Part shown: piece by piece, positions 1-7,428 of the stretch
How positions within the stretch are numbered: the stretch's first letter is position 1
How the letters are laid out: each line of letters opens with the position of its first letter
DNA from: a virus
Lineage: Duplodnaviria; Heunggongvirae; Uroviricota; Caudoviricetes
Reading direction: 5' to 3' (one strand)
DNA length: 36,219 nt
Virus record (IMG/VR): IMGVR_UViG_2571042636_000009
Program-made: the position numbers and the translations under genes
Notes under the pieces: generated by a model
What the model was told of the DNA's origin: nothing
What the model saw: only the letters and a program-made list of their open reading frames with translations
The model's database searches: none

Positions 1-1
1 A

Positions 2-1297
2 TTAATTTTTCATTGCTTCGTTATGGGGCATGGTTGGGGCAAACTCGCTTAACTGTGTATTTAACAAAGCTACCTGTGCATTATTGTTTTCAGACATCCA
101 TTTTCCGTATACCTGAAATACCATTTGCGCATCTGCATGGCCCATCTGGTTTGCTATAAATGCCGGGTTAGCACCAGCTGTCAGCGACCAGCAGGCATAA
201 GTATGTCTCGACTGATATGATTTTCGATGGCGGAGTCCGGCACGTTTTATCGCTGCGTCCCACATCTGCCTTATTGAGTCAACGGTAAAATGGTCACCAT
301 AATTTTTTACTCTCGCTGACACTTCAGGTTGAAAAACAAAGGTGCATTTATGTTTTTCTGTTCTGCCATACTCTCTGAGGTGAACATCAATGATATGCTC
401 TTTGCTCAGTCTCGTTAATGTCATCTGACTCCGGAGAGCGTCGATTGCTGGCTTAATAAGATGAATGACCCGATTGGTTCCCGCCTGTGTTTTTGGTACC
501 GTGAAACGGTCTTTTGCTAAATTTCTCCTGATCATCATTGTTCCATTTTTCAGATCTATGTCCTCCCATCCAAGTGCACACAGCTCACCAGGGCGAACGC
601 CAGTATAAACAGAAACACACCATAAATTTTTGGCTTGCTGATTTCTGCACGCATCGATAAGACGGATGAATTCCTCCCGCGAAAGAGGATCCGGAATGGT
701 TCTTGATTCCTTTAATGGCGAGATCCCCTTAAACGGGTTATCTAACAGGTAACCGTTATCAACACCAAACTGGAACACGGCGTTAAGATTTGTCATGTAA
801 TTATTTACAGTTACAGCCGATCTCCCTGGTTGTGTAACAATATAGTTACTTTTGGGGATCTGGTATCCAGTCAGTAGCTCTTTACGAACCTCCAGTAATT
901 TTTCTTTATTAATCGATGAGGCAAGATTTTTTTCACCGATTATGCTCAGGATATTTTTGATGACGGCACGGTATGTGTTGAGTGATGTTTTTGCGACTTC
1001 AGTTTCTTTCAGTGCCAGAAATTTTTCAGCCAGTTCTTTTATGGTTAAATCTTGTCGGGCCTCACCAAATTTTTCCAGATTGCGTGAGGAGGGAAACTGT
1101 TTTGCATAGTCGAAAACACCAGTTTTTATTGCGTAACAAACAGAGGCGCGTAGCTCACCTGCAACGCGCCTGTTTTTTGCTGTGTCAGGAACCCCCAGGT
1201 TTTCCCTGACTCTTACGCCTTTATAAACAAACCAGATACGTAATTTCCCTCCATGGTTTTCCACGCCTGTCGGATATTTCATTTCAACTTCTCTCAT
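2..1297 (-). CDS. int: Phage tyrosine integrase (site-specific recombinase)
   Basis: 431-aa ORF with tyrosine-recombinase catalytic signature residues (TGVRPGE Arg, SRHTYA His-x-x-Arg, VYGKW Tyr); first gene of the prophage arm, followed by an excisionase-like gene. Alternative start at 1282 (MKYPTG). The 3-prime end is at the window edge, so the attachment site is probably outside the window. Confidence 0.85.
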   Translation of the reverse strand: MREVEMKYPTGVENHGGKLRIWFVYKGVRVRENLGVPDTAKNRRVAGELRASVCYAIKTGVFDYAKQFPSSRNLEKFGEARQDLTIKELAEKFLALKETEVAKTSLNTYRAVIKNILSIIGEKNLASSINKEKLLEVRKELLTGYQIPKSNYIVTQPGRSAVTVNNYMTNLNAVFQFGVDNGYLLDNPFKGISPLKESRTIPDPLSREEFIRLIDACRNQQAKNLWCVSVYTGVRPGELCALGWEDIDLKNGTMMIRRNLAKDRFTVPKTQAGTNRVIHLIKPAIDALRSQMTLTRLSKEHIIDVHLREYGRTEKHKCTFVFQPEVSARVKNYGDHFTVDSIRQMWDAAIKRAGLRHRKSYQSRHTYACWSLTAGANPAFIANQMGHADAQMVFQVYGKWMSENNNAQVALLNTQLSEFAPTMPHNEAMKN

Positions 1298-1316
1298 TAG
1301 TTAGTGTGGCTTTTAG

Positions 1317-1568
1317 TCAAGTAAGATGACGTCTTGGTCTCGCTGATGCCTGGCGCTCAATCCAGCGATCAATTTCTTCCAGGTTGTAAAAGCATGGACT
1401 GTTATCCCATGGCATACCGTCATGAGCGACATGCTTATATTCCCTTCCTTCCATAAACGATTTTTCCCGGGCCTTTTTTAACGTACCTTTTTTTATTCCT
1501 TTCAGCGCAATTAACTGCTCTTCGGATACCCATTTGCCGGGAGAGACAATCATGATTACTTCGCTCAT
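1317..1568 (-). CDS. xis: Excisionase-like small DNA-binding protein
   Basis: 83-aa ORF immediately upstream of int on the same strand, small and basic; position and size fit a phage Xis. Start may be the internal Met at 1553. Confidence 0.55.
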   Translation of the reverse strand: MSEVIMIVSPGKWVSEEQLIALKGIKKGTLKKAREKSFMEGREYKHVAHDGMPWDNSPCFYNLEEIDRWIERQASARPRRHLT

Positions 1569-1640
1569 CGATTTCTTTATCTCTTACATCAGACGAGCGC
1601 CGGTTGCAGAATACCAGTCACAACCGGCGACAGTTGAACA

Positions 1641-4112
1641 TTAAGAATCAGCCTGACTCGGGATCAGTTTTTGCCAGATAACTGAAACGTATTTTGCCTG
1701 GTAACGGGCGTCATCAAGTGCATTATGGCGCTCACCTTCGAATGGAATAGCCGTTCTGGCATCGAAGTCTATGGCTTTCCCCAGCTCAACGATTGTGCGT
1801 ACATCGCGATCGTTGTAGTAACGCCACGGGCAGGGGATCCCCTGCCGTTCGTATGAACGACGCAAAATCGTGTTGTCGAAGTTGGCTCCATTTCCCCAAA
1901 CCTGAACAAAAAATTCACCGGAGTTTTCGTCGATAAATTCCCGCAATTGTAACAGTGCATCATCTAACGGGATTTCATCGGTCATAATGGCAGATTGCGC
2001 TTCGCGTGATTGCTTAAGCCACCATTTAATGGTGTCCCGATCAATGACTCCGCCAGCAGTTTCCAGATCGATAGTCTTACTAAATTCCGGTCCCATATCT
2101 CCGGTTTGCGGATCGAAAAATATTGCACCTATTGAGATGATCGGGGCATCAGGATTTTTTCCCATGGTTTCAAGGTCGATCATTAGATGGTCACACGTCC
2201 TGCTGGTGGATGTGATTTCGTGATGACCGTTCACCTTAATTGAGTGATCTGCCGTCTCGCCAGTTTCATTATCGCTATTGTGATGCTGATTGCCGCCAGT
2301 GTTCTCCTTGTGTGGATGTTCAGCGCCTTCCATTTCCTCCAGATCATCTTCCTGAACTTCAACCTGATACTCTTCATCGAATGTTTCCTGGTATGTTGCG
2401 TCGCCCATCACCGCGCCACAATCAGGGCAGTTGCCGCCGCCGGTCTGACCGCAGGCGGTGCAGACTTTTTCCACTTCCAGTTGCGCCACTGGTTCAGGCT
2501 GTTTCGTTTCTGGCTCGTTTTGTAACGCATTTGTGCTGTTTTGTTCCGCTTTTTGGTAGTTCCGTTCCGATTCATGCTGGTTCTGGTTCACAGAATCGCG
2601 GGTCTGGATCCCCTTAACCCATTTCGGATCATTCGGGTCACTAATCCCTTCAACAAATTCACCACGTGACGCAGCAAGCAACTTATCGGCGTCAGGCTGG
2701 CTGATATTGGCTGCCTGCATAATTTTGTTTACTTCGTCAGCGGTAACTTTTATCGGCTCTGGTTGTTCTGAATCTTCAGCGGTATCTACATTTTGCGGTA
2801 AGCCCGTGTATGTGCCATTTTTTCGGGCAAAATATTCTTCTTTTGTGATTTCAGTGGCGCCAGCAGCCAGTGCCTTATCCAGACCAGAAAGTTTGTTTGC
2901 GCGACCGTATTTTTCTCCGTCCTTATCTGCGAAGAGGAAATAGAACGGCCCCTCACGCTCTACAGATGGTTCAGCTTCCGGCGCGGTTTCATTTTTTGGG
3001 ATATCAGATACCTCAGTTTCCACTGCATCAGTTTGTGTTTCTGATGACTGGAGAACATCAACAGTGCCCAGGTCTGTTTCTTCATTCTCAAACACGCCCT
3101 TTGTCGTCAGGTATTCGCAGATATATTTGTTCAGTGCTATGGGATCTTTGTGAATGTCGATCGGACGCTCACGGACAAGGCCAAAAATAGTCTGGCGGTC
3201 GTAGCGAAGGGCATCAGGCTGTTTGCGCATTGATGCCGAGATACGCTTCCAGTCTTCGCGGTCGTTGTCGATAACTTCTTTTTTTGCCCAGCGATGGATG
3301 CTGCCGTCAATGTTTCCGGCATCCACATCACCAGGCCAGAGAGCGTAGGCCAGTTCGTCATCCAGTGTTTTCCATGTCTGCTTGTATTCGCGATGAATGG
3401 CAGCAATGACCGGGCTGATTTTTCCTGTTGAATTTTCAGTGTACTGTTGATTGGTTCTGGCGCGGGCGAGATCAACAACAGACGTGTATTTTCCGGTTTC
3501 CTTGCGTTCACCTTCGCGACGTTTTTTCCAGATGCGCATCTCTGCCTGAATTTCGGGCCATTTAGCACCAGGAATACATTTATGCTTAACCCACCCAATG
3601 GCGTGCAACTTAAGCTCCGGATACATGGCGTTAACTTCTGGCATTTTCATCAACGCTTCAACGATATGTCCGTCGAATGTTGCCATGTCTTCCTGCAACA
3701 ATTCCTGTGCGCTAATAACCATATCAACGGTGATGTTTTCACATGTGTCGAACTTAACCATGACAGCGTTCTGTACTTCAGGGGCCAGCTTGTCAAAAGT
3801 GACGTTCATCGGATCGGATTCAGTCTCAACCGGGACAAAAGAAGCAGACTCCTCATCCCAGCGGTTTTCCTGCATATATTCAGCATCCCATGAATCGAGG
3901 GCAGGGCGGGGTATGCCAGGTTTATCCTCGCAGACAATAAATTTATAAGCGCAGTCCTGAGCAGCCGGATAATGTTCCAGGAACTGCCAGTGAAATTTTG
4001 CTCGAGCACGGCGTTCGTCGCCAGCTTCAATGGCTGTGGCTACAGCCACAGCGCCTTCTTCCCTTGTTGCCAGTTCGTCAGGAATAGCGGCGCAAATAAA
4101 GACTTTACTCAT
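1641..4112 (-). CDS. Large early protein with C-terminal DnaQ-like (DEDDh) 3-prime-5-prime exonuclease domain; intact counterpart of the YdfE fragment of K-12 Qin
   Basis: 823-aa ORF. The C-terminus carries exonuclease motifs (MIDLETMG, YNDRDVRT, HNALDDARY). The middle is acidic with a CTACGQTGGGNCPDCGA zinc-ribbon-like motif. Sits between xis and the dicB operon. Confidence 0.75.
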   Translation of the reverse strand: MSKVFICAAIPDELATREEGAVAVATAIEAGDERRARAKFHWQFLEHYPAAQDCAYKFIVCEDKPGIPRPALDSWDAEYMQENRWDEESASFVPVETESDPMNVTFDKLAPEVQNAVMVKFDTCENITVDMVISAQELLQEDMATFDGHIVEALMKMPEVNAMYPELKLHAIGWVKHKCIPGAKWPEIQAEMRIWKKRREGERKETGKYTSVVDLARARTNQQYTENSTGKISPVIAAIHREYKQTWKTLDDELAYALWPGDVDAGNIDGSIHRWAKKEVIDNDREDWKRISASMRKQPDALRYDRQTIFGLVRERPIDIHKDPIALNKYICEYLTTKGVFENEETDLGTVDVLQSSETQTDAVETEVSDIPKNETAPEAEPSVEREGPFYFLFADKDGEKYGRANKLSGLDKALAAGATEITKEEYFARKNGTYTGLPQNVDTAEDSEQPEPIKVTADEVNKIMQAANISQPDADKLLAASRGEFVEGISDPNDPKWVKGIQTRDSVNQNQHESERNYQKAEQNSTNALQNEPETKQPEPVAQLEVEKVCTACGQTGGGNCPDCGAVMGDATYQETFDEEYQVEVQEDDLEEMEGAEHPHKENTGGNQHHNSDNETGETADHSIKVNGHHEITSTSRTCDHLMIDLETMGKNPDAPIISIGAIFFDPQTGDMGPEFSKTIDLETAGGVIDRDTIKWWLKQSREAQSAIMTDEIPLDDALLQLREFIDENSGEFFVQVWGNGANFDNTILRRSYERQGIPCPWRYYNDRDVRTIVELGKAIDFDARTAIPFEGERHNALDDARYQAKYVSVIWQKLIPSQADS

Positions 4113-4205
4113 TTTGTTTTAACCTCATGACAGATTTAAGGATGAACAAATCCCTGCCATTGCTGGCATATAAGAATGAAACCGGATATTTATTACGGAA
4201 CTGTT

Positions 4206-4397
4206 TTAAAGACCTGCCGGGATTTCGTTATTATCCTGGTGAATAACTTTATCGACCGGGTAACAGTTACCGGGAATTTTCTGTTCGGTTGCTGCAGTCA
4301 TACACTCCTGCATTGTCCTGTGCACACTGACTGCAATATCAACTGGCTCTCCGGAAACAAGAAAAACTGTCAGAACAAGCACAAATGCTGAATTCAT
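4206..4397 (-). CDS. ydfD: YdfD lysis protein (63 aa, N-terminal hydrophobic segment)
   Basis: Recalled YdfD sequence MNSAFVLVLTVFLVSGEP...; start overlaps the dicB stop (translational coupling); last gene of the dicB operon. Confidence 0.8.
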   Translation of the reverse strand: MNSAFVLVLTVFLVSGEPVDIAVSVHRTMQECMTAATEQKIPGNCYPVDKVIHQDNNEIPAGL

Positions 4398-4582
4398 TGT
4401 GCACATCCTTTTGGCATCAGACGTAAACGAGCCAGCATTGAAACAATGCATATTTTATTTAATAGCTCCCGTTCTTGTTTTCTCTTGTTAATGGCATCTT
4501 CAGTAAATACTGGGTTACTGATAGTGACACCAATTTCAAAACAACCTTCAGACGTATTAACGTTTGGTAATAACGTTTTCAT
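4394..4582 (-). CDS. dicB: DicB cell-division inhibitor (62 aa)
   Basis: ORF translates to MKTLLPNVNTSEGCFEIGVTISNPVFTEDAINKRKQERELLNKICIVSMLARLRLMPKGCAQ, which I recognise as DicB; lies directly downstream of the DicF sequence. Confidence 0.9.
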   Translation of the reverse strand: MKTLLPNVNTSEGCFEIGVTISNPVFTEDAINKRKQERELLNKICIVSMLARLRLMPKGCAQ

Positions 4583-4751
4583 TATCGCGTCCTCAACAAT
4601 GAATTTTGTGATGCAGTGCCTGGTGCCTCCAGGTGACGTTAACCAGTTAACAATTAACGCCGGATACAGAGAATCCACCCATAACACTGTTTTTGGTTTT
4701 AACTGTTCCGCGTGCGCTCAGCCGCATTCACCACATCACAAAATTCACTTT

Positions 4752-4809
4752 AAAAAGGGCGGCAGAGCAGTCACGGAGTAAAACTGATACCGCCAAACGT
4801 CACCAGAAA
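4752..4809 (-). ncRNA. dicF: DicF small regulatory RNA (ftsZ-targeting sRNA)
   Basis: Minus strand reads TTTCTGGTGACGTTTGGCGGTATCAGTTTTACTCCGTGACTGCTCTGCCGCCCTTTTT, matching the DicF sequence as I recall it; located between ydfC and dicB as in Qin. Exact ends are approximate. Confidence 0.85.
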
Positions 4810-5149
4810 ATTGATAACAGAGGGCGTTGCAGCGGGGTTGTCACTTAAGCGTATGGTCAACCTGACAACCCGGTGTCCTCAACGGGGAAGGAATAACCCC
4901 GCCATACTTACCGCCGCGCCATTTCGCGGGTTGCCACAACCGGAAGCGCACGGTCGACGAAAATTTAACGACAGGCTATCTATGAACCAGCTACCTCGCC
5001 GTGCGCTTTCGCGTTATGGTCTGACTTTTCAGGGAAATATCCTTTCAGTAAACTGTCAGTGCCGGATGCTCACCCGTGTCCGGCGCACGCACTCCACCTC
5101 ACCCGTGGAGAACTCCTTAATTACTAACCTTAGCTTTGTTGATTAGCTA

Positions 5150-5368
5150 CTAACGCGGGTATGTAATCATTCTGGCAATGCTTAATGCCGCTGCTTTTTC
5201 CAGATTGGTGATATCCTGCTCCAGAGCGGACAGATTTTCAGCCTGCTTAGCCCTGGTTTCATTGGCCCATTTCAAATCCTGCGCTGCATTAATTTTCTGG
5301 CGCATCCACTCATAAAGTTCATCATCGGTATAGTCTGGCGCGATGATGACGGGTTCTCGTTTCTGCAT
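5150..5368 (-). CDS. ydfC: YdfC (72 aa) of the dicB operon
   Basis: ORF MQKREPVIIAPDYTDDELYEWMRQ..., recognised as YdfC; correct position upstream of dicF. Confidence 0.8.
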   Translation of the reverse strand: MQKREPVIIAPDYTDDELYEWMRQKINAAQDLKWANETRAKQAENLSALEQDITNLEKAAALSIARMITYPR

Positions 5369-5397
5369 ACTGATTCCTCGCGGTGCTGTTTCGCTTA

Positions 5398-5526
5398 TCA
5401 GCCGTTAGATTTTGCCGAACTGGAAAGCGCCTGTTTAAATTCGTTGAAGCTGAGAGCTTCTTCGCCGTCGGCAAGACCTTCGAAGTATTCTTCGTAAGCC
5501 TTTTCCATGATTGTGTCGAAATCCAT
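5398..5526 (-). CDS. ydfB: YdfB (42 aa) small protein of the dicB operon
   Basis: Hand-translated minus-strand ORF MDFDTIMEKAYEEYFEGLADGEEALSFNEFKQALSSSAKSNG (not in the supplied track, too short); size and position match ydfB between ydfA and ydfC. Confidence 0.7.
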   Translation of the reverse strand: MDFDTIMEKAYEEYFEGLADGEEALSFNEFKQALSSSAKSNG

Positions 5527-5527
5527 A

Positions 5528-5683
5528 TCACTCACCTGAGTTTCTTTCCAGCCAGCGACGGGCACCATTTTCGGTTTTAAACGTTTTGCTTTTGGTATAC
5601 GTCATCGCGGTGAACGTACCGTCCTGGTTGGGGAACACGCCACATACCAGAGATTCGCTGTTGCCAAGATCGATAGTATCCAT
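5528..5683 (-). CDS. ydfA: YdfA (51 aa), first gene of the dicB operon
   Basis: Internal Met of the 78-aa track ORF gives MDTIDLGNSESLVCGVFPNQDGTFTAMTYTKSKTFKTENGARRWLERNSGE (51 aa), matching YdfA in size and position. Confidence 0.75.
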   Translation of the reverse strand: MDTIDLGNSESLVCGVFPNQDGTFTAMTYTKSKTFKTENGARRWLERNSGE

Positions 5684-5889
5684 GCTGACCTCATTTCCCC
5701 TTAACGCCGGGGTAGCGGAACAAAAACCTGCTGCATAGTTATTAAAGTTGAACCCTGCCGTCATGTTCTTACGCCTCGGGCTGGCTACTTAACCCCTGAC
5801 CACTGCCCGGTAACTAGAAGTATTGCCCTGCATTCTGTGGGGTGGGGAGAGGGAATGAATGAAGTTTAGAAAAATGAACTTTTCAGGTC

Positions 5890-5911
5890 AATGTTTTTTT
5901 ATCAAAACATT
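5890..5911. promoter_or_regulatory. Operator-like palindrome (GTTTT-N6-AAAAC) in the leader of the early-left (dicB) operon
   Basis: AATGTTTTTTTATCAAAACATT is a 22-bp inverted repeat sharing the GTTTT...AAAAC core with the sites in the repressor/cro intergenic region; located between the repressor gene and ydfA. Confidence 0.45.
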
Positions 5912-5975
5912 TTAAGCAGGCAGCTGTTAAGCCATCACCACGATGGCATACAGTTAATCAAATAGATGAGGTCGG

Positions 5976-6614
5976 TTAAATATTTTGTTGAATTTTAAAG
6001 CATACGCCCAATATGCAAGATAGATCATCCAGCATAATTGAAGGGTAGCGAGGATTCGTGGGGACTAAAAGAATATCCGGCCCTTCTATCTCCAGTTTAC
6101 GAATGACAGGTGTTGTGGTCCCTTTGGGTAAGGCAAGGACAATATTTCCTGGTTGTACGGTTCGATCGGGATCAACAAAAACTGTTGAACCATTTGGGAT
6201 GGAAACTCCCCCACCAGATGTTGACATACTGTCACTCTCTAGAACAACTGCAAAGGTATTGGCCGGGATTTCTCCGACAAGCTGCACACAAGAGGTTATT
6301 GAGGAATTTTTCATATAATCACTCCAGCTTGCTGCCTGCTGAAGTGATAGTAGCGGAACCGTTTTTATCGGCGGTAAAGATAGATCAAGCGAATCACCTG
6401 TATTTAACTCTCCTCCATTAAGAAGCCAATTTTCGTTTACTTTCAATATTTTTGCCAGTGAACTTATGTAACGCGAGGACGGCGCTCCTCCACCGTTCAT
6501 CCATTGACTTACGGAGCCTTTTGATGCGCCAGTGGCATTGACAAGGTCTTTGCCTTTCAGGTTTAGCGCATGCATACGTTGGGTTATGCGTTCAGATATT
6601 GTTTGCTTGTTCAT
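5976..6614 (-). CDS. CI-like phage repressor, full length: N-terminal HTH plus C-terminal S24 (LexA-like) autopeptidase domain
   Basis: 212-aa ORF with an HTH-like N-terminus (GASKGSVSQWMNG), a Ser nucleophile context (ESDSMS) and a downstream Lys (VIRKLE) typical of S24 peptidases; divergent from the Cro-like gene. Confidence 0.85.
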   Translation of the reverse strand: MNKQTISERITQRMHALNLKGKDLVNATGASKGSVSQWMNGGGAPSSRYISSLAKILKVNENWLLNGGELNTGDSLDLSLPPIKTVPLLSLQQAASWSDYMKNSSITSCVQLVGEIPANTFAVVLESDSMSTSGGGVSIPNGSTVFVDPDRTVQPGNIVLALPKGTTTPVIRKLEIEGPDILLVPTNPRYPSIMLDDLSCILGVCFKIQQNI

Positions 6615-6676
6615 GTTTTGATTTTAAAACACAGATGGTTTTGTTTCTTGACTTTCTTTGGTTTTGATTATTAAAC
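6615..6676. promoter_or_regulatory. Immunity-region operator cluster: three GTTTTG(A/T)TT sites spaced 23 bp apart in the divergent repressor/cro promoter region
   Basis: GTTTTGATTTTAAAAC at 6615-6630, GTTTTGTTT at 6638-6646 and GTTTTGATTATTAAAC at 6661-6676. The outer two are partial palindromes; 23-bp centre-to-centre spacing resembles lambda OR1-OR3. Confidence 0.5.
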
Positions 6677-6705
6677 TTTTGGCGTTCAGTTTTATGGAGC
6701 GACTC

Positions 6706-6948
6706 ATGAAAAAATCAGAAGTATTAGGCTATTTTGGCGGAGTTGTTAAAACAGCCGCAGCTCTAGGAACGTCAAAAACCACAGTCAGCATGTGGGGGGA
6801 AGAGGTTCCGTGGAAATGGGCGTTGCTAATTCAGGCAGTCACTGCCGGGGCGCTCAAATATGAGTTACACATACCGACGGTTGTCATTCCCGGTTCTGAT
6901 CATAATCCGCCTTCTAACCAAGGGGGGATTCATGAAAATCAAGCATGA
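6706..6948 (+). CDS. Cro-like / YdaS-family small DNA-binding protein
   Basis: 80-aa ORF divergent from the repressor, with GGAG 7 nt upstream of the ATG and an HTH-like segment (KTAAALGTSKTTVSMW). Confidence 0.7.
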   Translation: MKKSEVLGYFGGVVKTAAALGTSKTTVSMWGEEVPWKWALLIQAVTAGALKYELHIPTVVIPGSDHNPPSNQGGIHENQA

Positions 6949-7357
6949 ACACATCCGCATGGCGATGAATGCCTGGGCGCGTCCTGATGGCGAAAAAGTT
7001 CCGGCAGCTGGAATAACCCAGGCTTATTTTGAGTTGGGTATGACGTTTCCTGAACTGTACGACGACAGCCATCCGGAAGCCCTGGCTCGCAATACCCAGA
7101 AAATTTTCCGCTGGATAGAGAAAGACACCCCTGATGCAGTTGAAAAAATTCAGGCGTTGTTACCAGCGATCGAAAAGGCAATGCCACCTTTGCTGGTGGC
7201 CAGAATGCGCAGCCACAGTTCAGCTTATTTTCGGGAGCTGGTGGAGACGCGGGAGCGACTGGTGAGAGACGCTGATGATTTTGTCGCAGTGGCAATCGCC
7301 GGTTTCAATCAGATGAACCGTGGTGGCCCGGCAGGAAATGCTGTGGCAGTACATTGA
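6932..7357 (+). CDS. YdaT-like (CII-position) regulatory protein
   Basis: 141-aa ORF starting MKIKHEHI, with a strong RBS (AAGGGGGG); recalled similarity to Rac YdaT; sits in the position of lambda cII. Confidence 0.6.
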   Translation: MKIKHEHIRMAMNAWARPDGEKVPAAGITQAYFELGMTFPELYDDSHPEALARNTQKIFRWIEKDTPDAVEKIQALLPAIEKAMPPLLVARMRSHSSAYFRELVETRERLVRDADDFVAVAIAGFNQMNRGGPAGNAVAVH

Positions 7358-7428
7358 CTGACAATAGCCATATCGAATCGCTTCCGGCAACTCGTGAGTA
7401 AAAAGATTCGGTATCAGAAGAGGTGAGT

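Noticed and set aside
1769-4030. Many 60-150-aa ORFs on both strands inside the 823-aa exonuclease gene (for example 1987-2223, 2240-2617, 3137-3598, 3447-3893)
   Set aside because: All overlap the single long coherent minus-strand ORF; the translations are low-complexity and lack start contexts, so they are treated as frame shadows.
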